This document shows, one piece after another, positions 49,873-59,485 of a DNA stretch of 64,000 nucleotides (its first letter is position 1; each line of letters opens with the position of its first letter). The notes beneath the pieces are model-generated. The model had not been told where the DNA came from, searched no databases, and saw nothing but the letters and a program-made list of their open reading frames with translations. Source of the DNA: Gemmatimonadaceae bacterium (GTDB taxonomy: Bacteria > Gemmatimonadota > Gemmatimonadetes > Gemmatimonadales > Gemmatimonadaceae); contig JBHYGA010000005.1 of the NCBI GenBank assembly GCA_051859245.1, forward strand, positions 891,537 through 955,536, read 5' to 3'. Position numbers and translations under genes: made by a program.

Positions 49873-50790
49873 CCCGTCCTTTTTCCACGGCATGAGTGGC
49901 GCGCTCATGCGATCGGCGAAATCGAGCGTCGTTACGGGCATGCCGAACGTGCGTTCGGCCTCCAGGGCGGCTCGCACGTCACCACCCTGGCGGCGCGCCA
50001 GTCGCCGCAGGGCTTTGGCATTGCGAAGCGGCGCGTCACCACTCGGATCAAACCCGTACGGCTCGCTCGCATCCCACCGCACCAGCATGTCCATCACGTA
50101 GTTGAAGGAGCGCGAGAGATAGCGACTCACTTCCGCGTCACTCAAATCCCATCGGCTATTCTCGGAGATCAACTTGAAGACGCGCTGCCACGAGTCGGTG
50201 TCGGTCACGTGCACCATGCCGCGAAAGATGCGGCGGTTCGTTGGCGTGCCGAAAATTGTTGGCGCGAGAATACGATCGAGCAGCTGGTCCGCGCGACTGT
50301 GATCGATCGACAACAGCTCCCGCGCTCGTCGCGGCCACGCATCGCCGATGTGCGTGTCCACGCGACTTTCCCAATAACTGTGCCCAAGTGCGGCCGTGCT
50401 CGACGTAATGGCAAGCTGCCGCGGCACATAAAAGTTGTGCGCCACGACATCGGCCGCGAGGTGCGCGAGATAGCCTAGACTGAACGCGCGCAACGCGCCA
50501 TCCGGCGACTCGTCGTGAATCTCCAACCCCACGTTCCACGAATGACAGTGGCGCCCGACTGCCGCATACTTCTTGGCGATGCTGGTGTCGGCGGCGATCG
50601 AACCGTACAGAAAATCAGCGGGGAACGCCGCCAACAGTTCGGCGAGACGCGGTGTCAGAAAGTGCAGATGGCGCAGCACGGCGTCGCCGAGAAACACATG
50701 AGTGCCAGGCGTCCATGCCCAGGCGTCGGATGGCAGCAAAACGATCGCTACCACGGCGACAACAGCGCACGCGGCAAAGCGAACAATCAC
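49828..50790 (-). CDS. Zinc-dependent phospholipase C / S1-P1 nuclease-fold exported protein
   Basis: Signal peptide followed by mature N-terminal W(TPGTH); GSIAAD and GYLAHLAADVVAH. Confidence 0.82.
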   Translation of the reverse strand: MIVRFAACAVVAVVAIVLLPSDAWAWTPGTHVFLGDAVLRHLHFLTPRLAELLAAFPADFLYGSIAADTSIAKKYAAVGRHCHSWNVGLEIHDESPDGALRAFSLGYLAHLAADVVAHNFYVPRQLAITSSTAALGHSYWESRVDTHIGDAWPRRARELLSIDHSRADQLLDRILAPTIFGTPTNRRIFRGMVHVTDTDSWQRVFKLISENSRWDLSDAEVSRYLSRSFNYVMDMLVRWDASEPYGFDPSGDAPLRNAKALRRLARRQGGDVRAALEAERTFGMPVTTLDFADRMSAPLMPWKKDGLSAALSSSQIVDDV

Positions 50791-51554
50791 GTGCGCTTCC
50801 GCTTCGGCGCGTCGGAGGTGTCATCGACCTCCAAATCGGTCAACGCATCCGGTTCCAGCTCAAGGTCGTACGCCTCGTCGTCTTCGTCGTCGAAGTCGTC
50901 AGCCTCGTCATCAAAATCGTCATCGTCGTCCCCTTCAAACGGATCCTCGTCGGGATCCTCCTCATCCTCGCCATCGGCGAGTTCGTCGTACAGCTCGTCG
51001 TCGTTGTCATCCGTAGGCGCGTCTTCTTCTTTTTCGCGGCCTCGCAGGCCCAGCACGGCGCCCAGGGCCACAGCGCCAACGCGCGCGCCGCGCAGTGTAG
51101 CGGCGGCAGAGAGTGCGGTGTCCTGCACTTCATCCTGCATCACATCAAGCAGTGCGTTCACGCTGTCAATGCGAGCCTCTGCGGCGTCCGACAGATCCAG
51201 CAATCGTTCGCTGACTTCAGACGTTGCATCGGCGATTTTGTCCACCTCACGACGCACCGTCTTCAGAATGTCACGTGCATCTTCGCTCGTGCGTGTGGCC
51301 TGCTGCAACAACGGTTTCGCGTCGGCAGCCAGTCGGTCGACGGTCGTTTGCAGCGAGATCACCGCTTGGCGCAGCGTGAGTGTCATCGCGGCCATCGCGG
51401 CCAGCGCCACGAGTCCGACCACCAGCACCAGGATTTGAAGCGTTCCGCTGGCGTAGTCAAACGCAGTGCGTTGCGCCGGCATGGTCAGCGTGACGATTGT
51501 GTCACGTATCACACCAGACTGCAGCAGCGCGGAGAAGTCGAAGGGAAGGACCAT
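50787..51554 (-). CDS. Hypothetical membrane-anchored coiled-coil protein with acidic tail (DUF948-like)
   Basis: One TM helix, amphipathic helical repeats and a D/E-rich C-terminus. Overlaps the next gene by 4 nt. Confidence 0.7.
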   Translation of the reverse strand: MVLPFDFSALLQSGVIRDTIVTLTMPAQRTAFDYASGTLQILVLVVGLVALAAMAAMTLTLRQAVISLQTTVDRLAADAKPLLQQATRTSEDARDILKTVRREVDKIADATSEVSERLLDLSDAAEARIDSVNALLDVMQDEVQDTALSAAATLRGARVGAVALGAVLGLRGREKEEDAPTDDNDDELYDELADGEDEEDPDEDPFEGDDDDDFDDEADDFDDEDDEAYDLELEPDALTDLEVDDTSDAPKRKRT

Positions 51555-51560
51555 ATCCGG

Positions 51561-51589
51561 ATCGTACCCCGCACCGGTCACAGGGTCAA
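51561..51589 (-). promoter_or_regulatory. Sigma70-type promoter, probably giving a leaderless mRNA
   Basis: Minus strand TTGACC-17 nt-TACGAT, then 6 nt, then the ATG at 51554. Confidence 0.65.
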
Positions 51590-51683
51590 GCAATCCGTGG
51601 TGACATGCGTACATTATCTCCGTGCCAGGTGCCGCAGCGTTTCCTCGCGTGGCCATTCACCAACCGCTTCCATCCCAGCGTGC

Positions 51684-52970
51684 ATGTCGTCTGTCAGCTT
51701 TTTGGTTGAAGGGGGCCACCGACTCAGCGGCTCGATCCGTCCCACGGGGAACAAGAACGCTGCGCTCCCGGTCGTGGCCGCCGCGTTGCTCACCGAACAT
51801 CCCGTGCGGCTGGAGAATGTGCCGCGCATCCGCGATATCGAAACGCTGGTGCAGCTTGTGCGCAGCGTTGGCGCGTCGTGCGAGTGGACCGGCCCGGACG
51901 TCCTCGAGATTCACGCCAAAGAGGTGAAGGCGGCCAGCCTTGATCCGGACCTGTGCAAAAAAATCCGCGGCTCGATCCTGCTGGCCGCTCCCTTGCTCGC
52001 GCGTTGCGGCGAAGTCACCCTCTCCCCGCCAGGCGGTGACGTGATCGGACGGCGACGTCTCGACACCCACTTCCATGTGCTGCAGGCCCTCGGCGCCACG
52101 TACGAGTTGGGTGAGACGTTCACGTTTCGCGCCACGCAGCTTGTTGGCGCTGATGTGTTCATGGACGAACCGAGTGTAACCGCCACCGAGAACGCGCTCA
52201 TGGCGGCCGTTGCGGCGAGCGGCACCACGATCCTGCGTAACTGCGCCAGTGAGCCGCACGTGCAGGATCTGGCCAACTTCCTCGTCGCGCTCGGTGCGCG
52301 CATTGACGGAATCGGCACGAACACGGTCACCGTGCACGGCGGTGCCACGCTCGGCTCAGCCACGTTCGCGATTGGTCCGGATCACATCGAGGTGGGTTCG
52401 TTCATTGGACTCGCCGCCGTAACGCGCTCCGAGATCACGATTGAAGCGGCGGGTGTCAGACATTTGCGTTCAACGCTCATGGGCTTTGAGCGACTCGGTG
52501 TGCGTTGTGTGATTGACGGTGACAATCTGATCGTGCCGGCCGAGCAGTCGCTGCAGATCGAACCGGATCTCGGTGGGCACGTGCCAAAGCTTGAAGATCA
52601 ACCGTGGCCCGCATTTCCGGCCGACGTCATGTCGATTGCGATTGTGACCGCCACGCAGTGCGAAGGCATGATCCTCATGCATGAAAAGATGTTTGAATCA
52701 CGCCTGTTTTTTGTGGACAAACTGGTCGCCATGGGTGCGCGCATTGTGCTATGTGATCCGCATCGGGCAATCGTATCCGGTCCGAGCCGTCTCCGCGCAC
52801 AACGTGTGGAGTCGCCGGATATTCGAGCCGGCATGGCGATGCTGCTTGCGGCGTGCTGCGCCGAGGGAACCAGTACCATCAACAACGCCGGTCAGATTGA
52901 ACGCGGCTACGAGCGGATTCATGAACGTCTTGGACGTCTCGGCGCGGTCATCGAACGCGTGGAGCGCTGA
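51684..52970 (+). CDS. murA: UDP-N-acetylglucosamine 1-carboxyvinyltransferase
   Basis: GNKNAALP, PGGDVIGRR, SVTATEN, EPHVQDL, PAFPAD and PDIRAG. Confidence 0.96.
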   Translation: MSSVSFLVEGGHRLSGSIRPTGNKNAALPVVAAALLTEHPVRLENVPRIRDIETLVQLVRSVGASCEWTGPDVLEIHAKEVKAASLDPDLCKKIRGSILLAAPLLARCGEVTLSPPGGDVIGRRRLDTHFHVLQALGATYELGETFTFRATQLVGADVFMDEPSVTATENALMAAVAASGTTILRNCASEPHVQDLANFLVALGARIDGIGTNTVTVHGGATLGSATFAIGPDHIEVGSFIGLAAVTRSEITIEAAGVRHLRSTLMGFERLGVRCVIDGDNLIVPAEQSLQIEPDLGGHVPKLEDQPWPAFPADVMSIAIVTATQCEGMILMHEKMFESRLFFVDKLVAMGARIVLCDPHRAIVSGPSRLRAQRVESPDIRAGMAMLLAACCAEGTSTINNAGQIERGYERIHERLGRLGAVIERVER

Positions 52971-53005
52971 CCATTCTGAACGCCAGCAGGGACAGCGAGG
53001 GCCCC

Positions 53006-53728
53006 TTGTCGAGTGCGTTGGTGGTGGAGGAGTTCGCGGCCTTCGGCGTGACCGCGTTCACGACCACGCGCCAGGCCGGGAGCTTTGGCCTCGGCTCAGA
53101 CGAGCCAGTGGGTGACGTGATGGCCCGTTGGAGTGCGCTGCTGGATGACTGTCGTGGGCTTGGTGTACCGGCGCTGGCGTCGGCGGGGCAGGTACACGGT
53201 GCCGATGTGATTCGGCACGAGGGTGGCTGGCTCGGCTGGCTGCGCGGCAAAGATCGCGACGGGCACGTCAGTCACTCCGCGCACGTGGCGATGGCCGTGA
53301 CCGTCGCCGACTGCACGCCAGTGTTTCTGGCGCACGAGCGTGGTCCGATCGGAGTACTGCACGCGGGCTGGCGCGGTACGGCAGCCGGCATTCTCGAGCG
53401 TGGGCTGAGTGAGCTCGGCGTGCCGGCCGAGGAAGTACACGTGCATCTGGGGCCGTCGATCTGCGGGCGCTGCTACGAGGTCGGTCCGGAGGTCATTGAA
53501 GCCGTGTGCGGCACGCGGGTCACAGAACCAACGCTGCTCGATGTCCGGGCTAATCTGGCGGAGCGGGCTGAACGAGCGGGCGTACGCCACCTGTCCATTA
53601 GCAGCTGGTGCACAAAGTGTCACAATGACCGATTGTTTAGTCACCGGGCGGGTGATGCCGGTCGCCAGCTTGGGGTCATTCTACGGTCGAGCCCGCTTGG
53701 TTCTCAGGTGCTCCAAATGATGAAATGA
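53006..53728 (+). CDS. pgeF: YfiH/PgeF (laccase-domain, purine nucleoside phosphorylase) family protein
   Basis: QVHG, VADCTPV, HAGWRG, GPSICGRCYEVG and FSHR. Confidence 0.9.
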   Translation: MSSALVVEEFAAFGVTAFTTTRQAGSFGLGSDEPVGDVMARWSALLDDCRGLGVPALASAGQVHGADVIRHEGGWLGWLRGKDRDGHVSHSAHVAMAVTVADCTPVFLAHERGPIGVLHAGWRGTAAGILERGLSELGVPAEEVHVHLGPSICGRCYEVGPEVIEAVCGTRVTEPTLLDVRANLAERAERAGVRHLSISSWCTKCHNDRLFSHRAGDAGRQLGVILRSSPLGSQVLQMMK

Positions 53729-53729
53729 C

Positions 53730-53758
53730 TTGACCTTCCGCGCTCCACTTCGTACGTT
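53730..53758 (+). promoter_or_regulatory. Sigma70-type promoter of the rimP-nusA-infB operon
   Basis: TTGACC-17 nt-TACGTT. Confidence 0.65.
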
Positions 53759-53803
53759 ACCTGACTACGCCCGGTCGCTCACCTCGAGCCGCCGGGCGTT
53801 GTG

Positions 53804-53833
53804 AAGTGTGGGGATGGCCCCCACACTTTTTTG
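53804..53833 (+). terminator. rimP leader attenuator hairpin
   Basis: AAGTGTGGGG-atggc-CCCCACACTT followed by TTTT, between the promoter and the rimP RBS. Resembles the widely conserved rimP-leader terminator. Confidence 0.8.
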
Positions 53834-53849
53834 TTCTCTGGAGTTTCTT

Positions 53850-54329
53850 GTGGCCGGGCACGCAGGCGATCCGCTGGATCCAATCATCACAGAAACGCTC
53901 AACGAGCTGGCGTTCGACCTGGTCGAACTTCGGCGCGGTGGCTCCAAGGCGCGACAGGTGTTGGAGATCCGGGTAGAACGGCGTGACGGTGAGAAGGTAA
54001 CGCTGGAAGATTGTACACGAGTGAGTCGGGCGCTGGAGGCCCGGTTCGATGCCATGGAATCGATGCCTGCACAATATGTGCTTGAGGTGTCGTCTCCGGG
54101 TGCGGACCGTCCGCTGCGCACGGCTGCAGAATGGCGACGCTTTGTCGGGCGCCGCGCCACCGTCACCTGTGGCGCGCTGCCCGGGGGACGTCAGGAAGTC
54201 GAAATCCTCGCGGTTGAGGGTGACGAAGGCGCGGCAGGCGCGGTCGTGCGCGACGGCAAGGGTGTGGAGTACCAACTCCCGCTCAACACCATCACGCAGG
54301 CGCGACTCGCGTTTCACTGGAAACGATAA
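53850..54329 (+). CDS. rimP: Ribosome maturation factor RimP
   Basis: VTLEDCTRVSR and YVLEVSSPGADRPL. GGAG before the GTG at 53850. Confidence 0.93.
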   Translation: MAGHAGDPLDPIITETLNELAFDLVELRRGGSKARQVLEIRVERRDGEKVTLEDCTRVSRALEARFDAMESMPAQYVLEVSSPGADRPLRTAAEWRRFVGRRATVTCGALPGGRQEVEILAVEGDEGAAGAVVRDGKGVEYQLPLNTITQARLAFHWKR

Positions 54330-54341
54330 GGGGTGTCACGG

Positions 54342-55685
54342 ATGGTCGGGTCCGCCGAGATTCTCGCTGCGATTCGCGAGTTGTCAAACTCGAAGCAGCT
54401 CGATCGCACGGAACTGCACGAGCTGCTCCAGGACGGCATTCAAGCCGCCCTGGCAAAAAAGCATGGCCCTAATGTGCAGGCCGAGATCGAGATTGACGAG
54501 GACAAGGGCGCGATCAAAATCGTGCTCCTCAAGACTGTGGTCGAAGAAGTCACGGACGCGTCGCGCGAAGTCCTCCTTGAGGAAGCGCGCTTCGAAGATC
54601 CGGACTTCCAGCTCGGCGACGTCATGGAATTGCCTGTCGACTTCAACGAGTTCGGTCGCACCGCGGTGCAGGCCGCCAAGCAGCGCATTCTGCAGCGCGT
54701 GCGTGAAGGCGAGCGCACGCGCATTAAGGATGAGTTCAGTGAGCGCGTGGGCGAACTGCTGAGCGGAGAAGTGCAGCAGATCGAGCGCGGAAAGCTTGTG
54801 ATCATGCTGAACAAGTTCCGCGAAGCCGAAGCCATCATTCCGTATCGCGAACAGAATCACCGCGATCGTGCGCATCAGGGTGAAACGATTCGCGCAGTCC
54901 TCAAGCGTGTGGAAGACACGCCCAAGGGCCCGCGTCTCATTCTGAGTCGGAGCGACGCGATGTTCGTCACGGCACTGTTCAAGCTCGAAGTGCCGGAGAT
55001 TCAGCAGGGCATTGTCGAGATCAAGGCCGCGTCACGCGAAGTTGGCAGTCGCACCAAGATTGCCGTTATGTCGCGCGATGCCGCGATTGATCCCGTCGGC
55101 GCCTGCGTTGGTCTCAAGGGAGCACGGGTGCAGGCCGTCGTGAACGAACTGGGCGGCGAGCGTATCGACATTGTGCCGTGGTCGGAAGAGCCAGAGCGCT
55201 TCGCGAAGCTGGCGTTGGCGCCGGCGCGCGTGGCGCGTGTGTTCAGCGACCCGCTCACGCGGACGATTCAGGCGGTTGTCGACGAAGATCAGTTGTCGCT
55301 CGCGATCGGCCGAAGCGGACAGAACGTGCGGCTCGCGTCGGAGCTCACGGGTTGGAAAATTGATCTGTACTCAAGTCGCGAGTGGCTGGAGAAGGGCGGT
55401 GACATGCCTCTCTTCGCCCCGCTGCCAGACGAAGTTGAGGGCGACGAAGATCTGCCACTCAAGGACATTGCGGAGTTGCCACCGGCAACGGTCGCGGTGC
55501 TCGAAGAGGCGGGCTTCAAAACGCTCAACGACATCCTGGATCTGGATCGCGACGACTTCTTGCGGTTGCCTGGCATTGCGGCGGCGGAAGCCGATCGCAT
55601 CATGGCGATCATTGATGAGCTCACCACGGAAGATGACGGTAGCGATACCGCATCCGACGGCGGCGCAGCGTCACCAACCCGGTGA
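54342..55685 (+). CDS. nusA: Transcription termination factor NusA
   Basis: FGRTAVQAAKQ, LEVPEI, DPVGACVG and AIGRSGQNVRLAS. Confidence 0.97.
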   Translation: MVGSAEILAAIRELSNSKQLDRTELHELLQDGIQAALAKKHGPNVQAEIEIDEDKGAIKIVLLKTVVEEVTDASREVLLEEARFEDPDFQLGDVMELPVDFNEFGRTAVQAAKQRILQRVREGERTRIKDEFSERVGELLSGEVQQIERGKLVIMLNKFREAEAIIPYREQNHRDRAHQGETIRAVLKRVEDTPKGPRLILSRSDAMFVTALFKLEVPEIQQGIVEIKAASREVGSRTKIAVMSRDAAIDPVGACVGLKGARVQAVVNELGGERIDIVPWSEEPERFAKLALAPARVARVFSDPLTRTIQAVVDEDQLSLAIGRSGQNVRLASELTGWKIDLYSSREWLEKGGDMPLFAPLPDEVEGDEDLPLKDIAELPPATVAVLEEAGFKTLNDILDLDRDDFLRLPGIAAAEADRIMAIIDELTTEDDGSDTASDGGAASPTR

Positions 55686-56095
55686 TGACCGACGCGGCGG
55701 TTCCTCCGGTGGAGATGCCCGAGGCGATACGCCGCAAGGTGTTGGGTTTGATTGGACTCGGCGTTCGCGGACGACTCGTCGTTGTGGGCGCCGAGCAGGT
55801 GAGGGAACAGGCCCGTAAGGGTGCACTCCGGTTGGCGATTGTGGCGCAGGATGTCTCGCGTCATTCGCTCGACAAGGTGGTGCCTATCCTGCGGGCCACA
55901 CGTGTGGCGATTATTGAGTGGCCGAGTGCGGCCGAGCTGGGCGCGGTAGCTGGACGAGATTCCACGGCTGCGGTCGGTATTGTTGATCAGGCGCTGGCGC
56001 GCGGTATCCGCGACGCTGTCGAACCGAAGCCCGATGTGGTGGGCTCGGCCGATGTTGGCGATGCGGCGCGACAAGCGCAGAGGAGGAAGGGTTGA
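55682..56095 (+). CDS. L7Ae/YlxQ family RNA-binding protein
   Basis: LGLIGL..R...VVG, IVAQD and ELGAVAGR; lies between nusA and infB. Confidence 0.85.
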   Translation: MMTDAAVPPVEMPEAIRRKVLGLIGLGVRGRLVVVGAEQVREQARKGALRLAIVAQDVSRHSLDKVVPILRATRVAIIEWPSAAELGAVAGRDSTAAVGIVDQALARGIRDAVEPKPDVVGSADVGDAARQAQRRKG

Positions 56096-59007
56096 GCAAG
56101 CTTCGTGTGCATGACATGGCAGGTGAGTTCGGCATTACCGCCGATGAAGTGATTTCCCTGCTTCGCCAAATGGACGTCCCGGTGCGCAGCCATATGTCGC
56201 TGCTGACGGACGACCAAGTCGCGCGTGCGCGTGTGCGCTGGGAGCGCGAAAAGCGCATCCGCGCTGAAGCGGCCAATCCGGCGCCGGAAGCGAAGCCGCG
56301 TCGTCGTCGTACCACGGCGGCCGCTGCGGAAGTGGCGCCAACGCCGGCGCCAGAAGCCGTGGACGATGCGCCGTCGGTACGCCGTCGTCGTCGTGTCGAC
56401 GTAGAAGCGGCGCAGCAGCAGGCCGATGCGGAAGCCGAGGCCATTGAGGCCGCGGCAGCGGCCGAGGCGGCCAAAGCAGAGGCCGAAGCACAGCGTCGGG
56501 CCGAACAGGCCGCCGCGGAGCAGGCGGAAGCCGATCGTGTAGCCGCCGAGCGTGCGCTGCGTCGGGCTGAGGCTGAGCGTCAGGCGGCCGAGGCCGCTGC
56601 GCAGGCAGCACTCGAAGCGGCGAGCAAGGCACCGGTTGCCGAATCGTCGCCAGACGAACCGGGCGAAGCGGCACCGGCCGCGCCGGTGGCATCGGTTGAG
56701 GTCGCCGCGCCCACGCCTGTTCCGCAGCGCCCCACGCCGGTTGCTTCGGCTTCGCCCAGTGCGCCAGCTGCTCCGGCCGCGCCTAGCGCGCCGTCGTCGG
56801 GCGGTGAGCCGGGTCGTTTGCGTCCGCGTCCGATCGTGCCAGGTGCACCGCGCGGCCGTCCGTCGGCGCCATTTGGCGCGCGTCCAATCGCCAGTGCGGC
56901 ACCCGGCGGCGGCCTCGCCGGTGGCGCGCGTCGCGATGATCGTCGTCCCGCCGGCGCGGGCAGCGGTTCAGGCGGCCCGAGTGGCCCGTCTACGCCGAGC
57001 AGCAACACCGGATCGCAGCAGAGTGGCGCGATGGGTGGTGGTGCAGGCGCGCGTCGCGGCAAGAAGGGAAAGCGCGGAGCGGTGGATCAGGAAGCCGTGT
57101 CAGCAAACATCACCAAAACGATGACCGCCATGCGTGGCCCAGCTGGCCGCCGTGGACGTGGACGTTTTGGCGATGGTCGCGAAGAGCTTGAAGCACAGCG
57201 TGCGGAAGCGGCTGAGCGCGAGAAGAAAACGGTGCGCGTGAATGAGTTCATCACCGTTTCCGAACTCGCGCAGATTCTTGGTATCTCGGCTACACAGATT
57301 GTCGGCTTTGCGTTCAAGACGCTCGGCCTGATGGTCACCATCAATCAGCGTCTCGACTTCGATCAGATCGAACTCATTGCGAGCGAGTTCGGCTTTGAAG
57401 CCGTGCGCGAAGAAGAGTATTCGGCCGATCTCGGTGAAGAAGTTGTCATTGATACGCCGGAACAGTTGGTCTCGCGCCCCGCGATCGTCACGATCATGGG
57501 TCACGTTGACCACGGAAAAACGTCGCTGCTCGACTACATCCGCAAAGCCAACGTGGTGGCGGGTGAAGCGGGCGGTATCACGCAGCACATCGGTGCGTAT
57601 CACGTGTCGCTTCCGGGCGGCAAGATGATCACGTTCCTCGACACGCCGGGTCACGAAGCGTTTACGGCCATGCGTGCACGTGGTGCGCAGGTCACCGACA
57701 TCGTGGTGCTTGTTGTGGCCGCTGATGACCAGATCATGCCGCAAACAATCGAAGCGATCTCGCATGCCAAGAGTGCCGGCGTGCCACTGATCGTCGCGAT
57801 CAACAAGGTTGACTTGCCTTCCGCAAACCCGGGCAAGGTGCGGCAGGATCTGTTGCAGCACGATGTCGTGCTCGAGGACTTCGGTGGCACTGTGCTCGCG
57901 TCCGAAATTTCGGCCAAGCACGGTACGGGCGTACCGGGGCTGCTCGACCAGATCCTGCTGCAAGCCGAAATTCTCGACCTCAAGGCCAATCCTGTGCGCA
58001 ACGCGGTTGGTACGGTTGTTGAAGCGCAGCTCGATCCGGGCAAGGGTTCGGTGGCAACGGTGCTGGTGCAGAACGGTACGCTCAAAGTTGGTGATGACTT
58101 CATTTGCGGCATGTTTTCGGGACGCGTTCGCGCGCTGCTCGACGAACGTGGCAAGATTGTGAAGTCGGCTGGTCCGGCTATTCCGGTGCAGATCCTTGGT
58201 TTGCCAGGCGTACCAATGGCCGGCGATCAAATGATCGTGGTGGAAGACGCGTCGCAGGCGCGTGACATTGCGCAGCGTCGTGAGCGCCTGGATCGTGAAG
58301 CACGCAGCCGTCGCACGTCGCGCGGCAACGTGTCACTCGAAGACTTCATGTCGCAAACGGCGGCTGGCGAAAAGCGTCAGTTGCGGTTGCTCATCAAGGC
58401 GGATCAGGGCGGTCCGGCCGAAGCACTGGCCGACTCGCTGGGGCAGCTGTCCACCACCGAAGTGTCGGTGGACATTGTGCATCGCGGCGTTGGTGCGATT
58501 ACCGAGAGCGACATTCTGCTCGCGAAGGCATCAGGCGCCATCATCATCGGCTTCCACGTGCGTCCGGACAACAACGCGCGTCAGGCTGCCGAACGTGAAG
58601 GCGTGGATATCAAGCTCTATCGCATCATCTACGAAGCCGTCGCCGATGTGCGTTCGGCGCTCGAAGGCATGCTGCGTCCGGAGTCGCGCGAAGTGGTGGT
58701 GGGCGAGGCCGAGGTGCGCGATGTGTTCAAGGTGGCGCGCGTTGGTACGATCGCCGGCAGCTACGTACGCAGTGGTACGATCACGCGTGGTTCGCGTGTG
58801 CGTGTCATTCGCGACGGCGTAGAGATCTACGCGGGTACGCTGGGTTCGCTGCGTCGCTTCAAGGACGACGCGAAAGAAGTCAAGGAAGGGTACGAATGCG
58901 GTATTGGCGTTGAGAACTTCAACGACATCAAGGTCGGAGACATTCTCGAATGCTACAAGACGGAAGTGGTGGCACGCACGCTCGACGACGCGACGCGCTC
59001 GTCGTAA
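56092..59007 (+). CDS. infB: Translation initiation factor IF-2
   Basis: MGHVDHGKT, GGITQHIGAY, DTPGHEAF and NKVD. TTG start after AGGAGG. Confidence 0.98.
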   Translation: MSKLRVHDMAGEFGITADEVISLLRQMDVPVRSHMSLLTDDQVARARVRWEREKRIRAEAANPAPEAKPRRRRTTAAAAEVAPTPAPEAVDDAPSVRRRRRVDVEAAQQQADAEAEAIEAAAAAEAAKAEAEAQRRAEQAAAEQAEADRVAAERALRRAEAERQAAEAAAQAALEAASKAPVAESSPDEPGEAAPAAPVASVEVAAPTPVPQRPTPVASASPSAPAAPAAPSAPSSGGEPGRLRPRPIVPGAPRGRPSAPFGARPIASAAPGGGLAGGARRDDRRPAGAGSGSGGPSGPSTPSSNTGSQQSGAMGGGAGARRGKKGKRGAVDQEAVSANITKTMTAMRGPAGRRGRGRFGDGREELEAQRAEAAEREKKTVRVNEFITVSELAQILGISATQIVGFAFKTLGLMVTINQRLDFDQIELIASEFGFEAVREEEYSADLGEEVVIDTPEQLVSRPAIVTIMGHVDHGKTSLLDYIRKANVVAGEAGGITQHIGAYHVSLPGGKMITFLDTPGHEAFTAMRARGAQVTDIVVLVVAADDQIMPQTIEAISHAKSAGVPLIVAINKVDLPSANPGKVRQDLLQHDVVLEDFGGTVLASEISAKHGTGVPGLLDQILLQAEILDLKANPVRNAVGTVVEAQLDPGKGSVATVLVQNGTLKVGDDFICGMFSGRVRALLDERGKIVKSAGPAIPVQILGLPGVPMAGDQMIVVEDASQARDIAQRRERLDREARSRRTSRGNVSLEDFMSQTAAGEKRQLRLLIKADQGGPAEALADSLGQLSTTEVSVDIVHRGVGAITESDILLAKASGAIIIGFHVRPDNNARQAAEREGVDIKLYRIIYEAVADVRSALEGMLRPESREVVVGEAEVRDVFKVARVGTIAGSYVRSGTITRGSRVRVIRDGVEIYAGTLGSLRRFKDDAKEVKEGYECGIGVENFNDIKVGDILECYKTEVVARTLDDATRSS

Positions 59008-59019
59008 GGGAGGCCGCAC

Positions 59020-59481
59020 ATGACCGGTGGAGACCCGAGACGCGCTGAACGCGTGGCGGAAGGCATTCGCACAGAAGTGGCCACGTTCCTTCGAGGTGGG
59101 GCAAAGGATCCCCGCCTCAAGGGACTCGTCACGGTGACTGCGGTTGATGTCACGCGCGATCTGCGACACGCCAAGGTGTTCGTGAGCGTTATGGGCACGG
59201 ACGAAGAACGCAAAGCCACGTACGAAGGACTCGCGTCCGTCGCGCATCATTTGCGGGGTACTGTTGGCCGCGCGTTGCGTTTGCGCGCCGCTCCGGAAAT
59301 CGAGTTCAAGATCGACGAGAGCATTGCGCACGCGGCTCGCATCGAGTCACTACTGGCGCAGGTGCGGCACGAGACCGAAGCAGCGGCGGCCGCTGATGCT
59401 GCGCCAGAAGACGAAAGCGAGGCCAACGTCAACGGCGGCGTGGACGCGACCGATTCACCGTCCGGTGACGACGACCGCTAG
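59020..59481 (+). CDS. rbfA: Ribosome-binding factor A
   Basis: [15 protein letters not shown] and [12 protein letters not shown]. Confidence 0.95.
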   Translation: MTGGDPRRAERVAEGIRTEVATFLRGGAKDPRLKGLVTVTAVDVTRDLRHAKVFVSVMGTDEERKATYEGLASVAHHLRGTVGRALRLRAAPEIEFKIDESIAHAARIESLLAQVRHETEAAAAADAAPEDESEANVNGGVDATDSPSGDDDR

Positions 59482-59485
59482 TCTC

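Noticed and set aside
50652..51683. Apparent 344-aa N-terminal extension of MurA
   Set aside because: It is antisense to the 50787-51554 gene. MurA similarity starts at the ATG at 51684.
56260..57200. Ala/Pro/Arg-rich low-complexity region in infB
   Set aside because: Variable low-complexity N-terminal regions are normal for IF-2.
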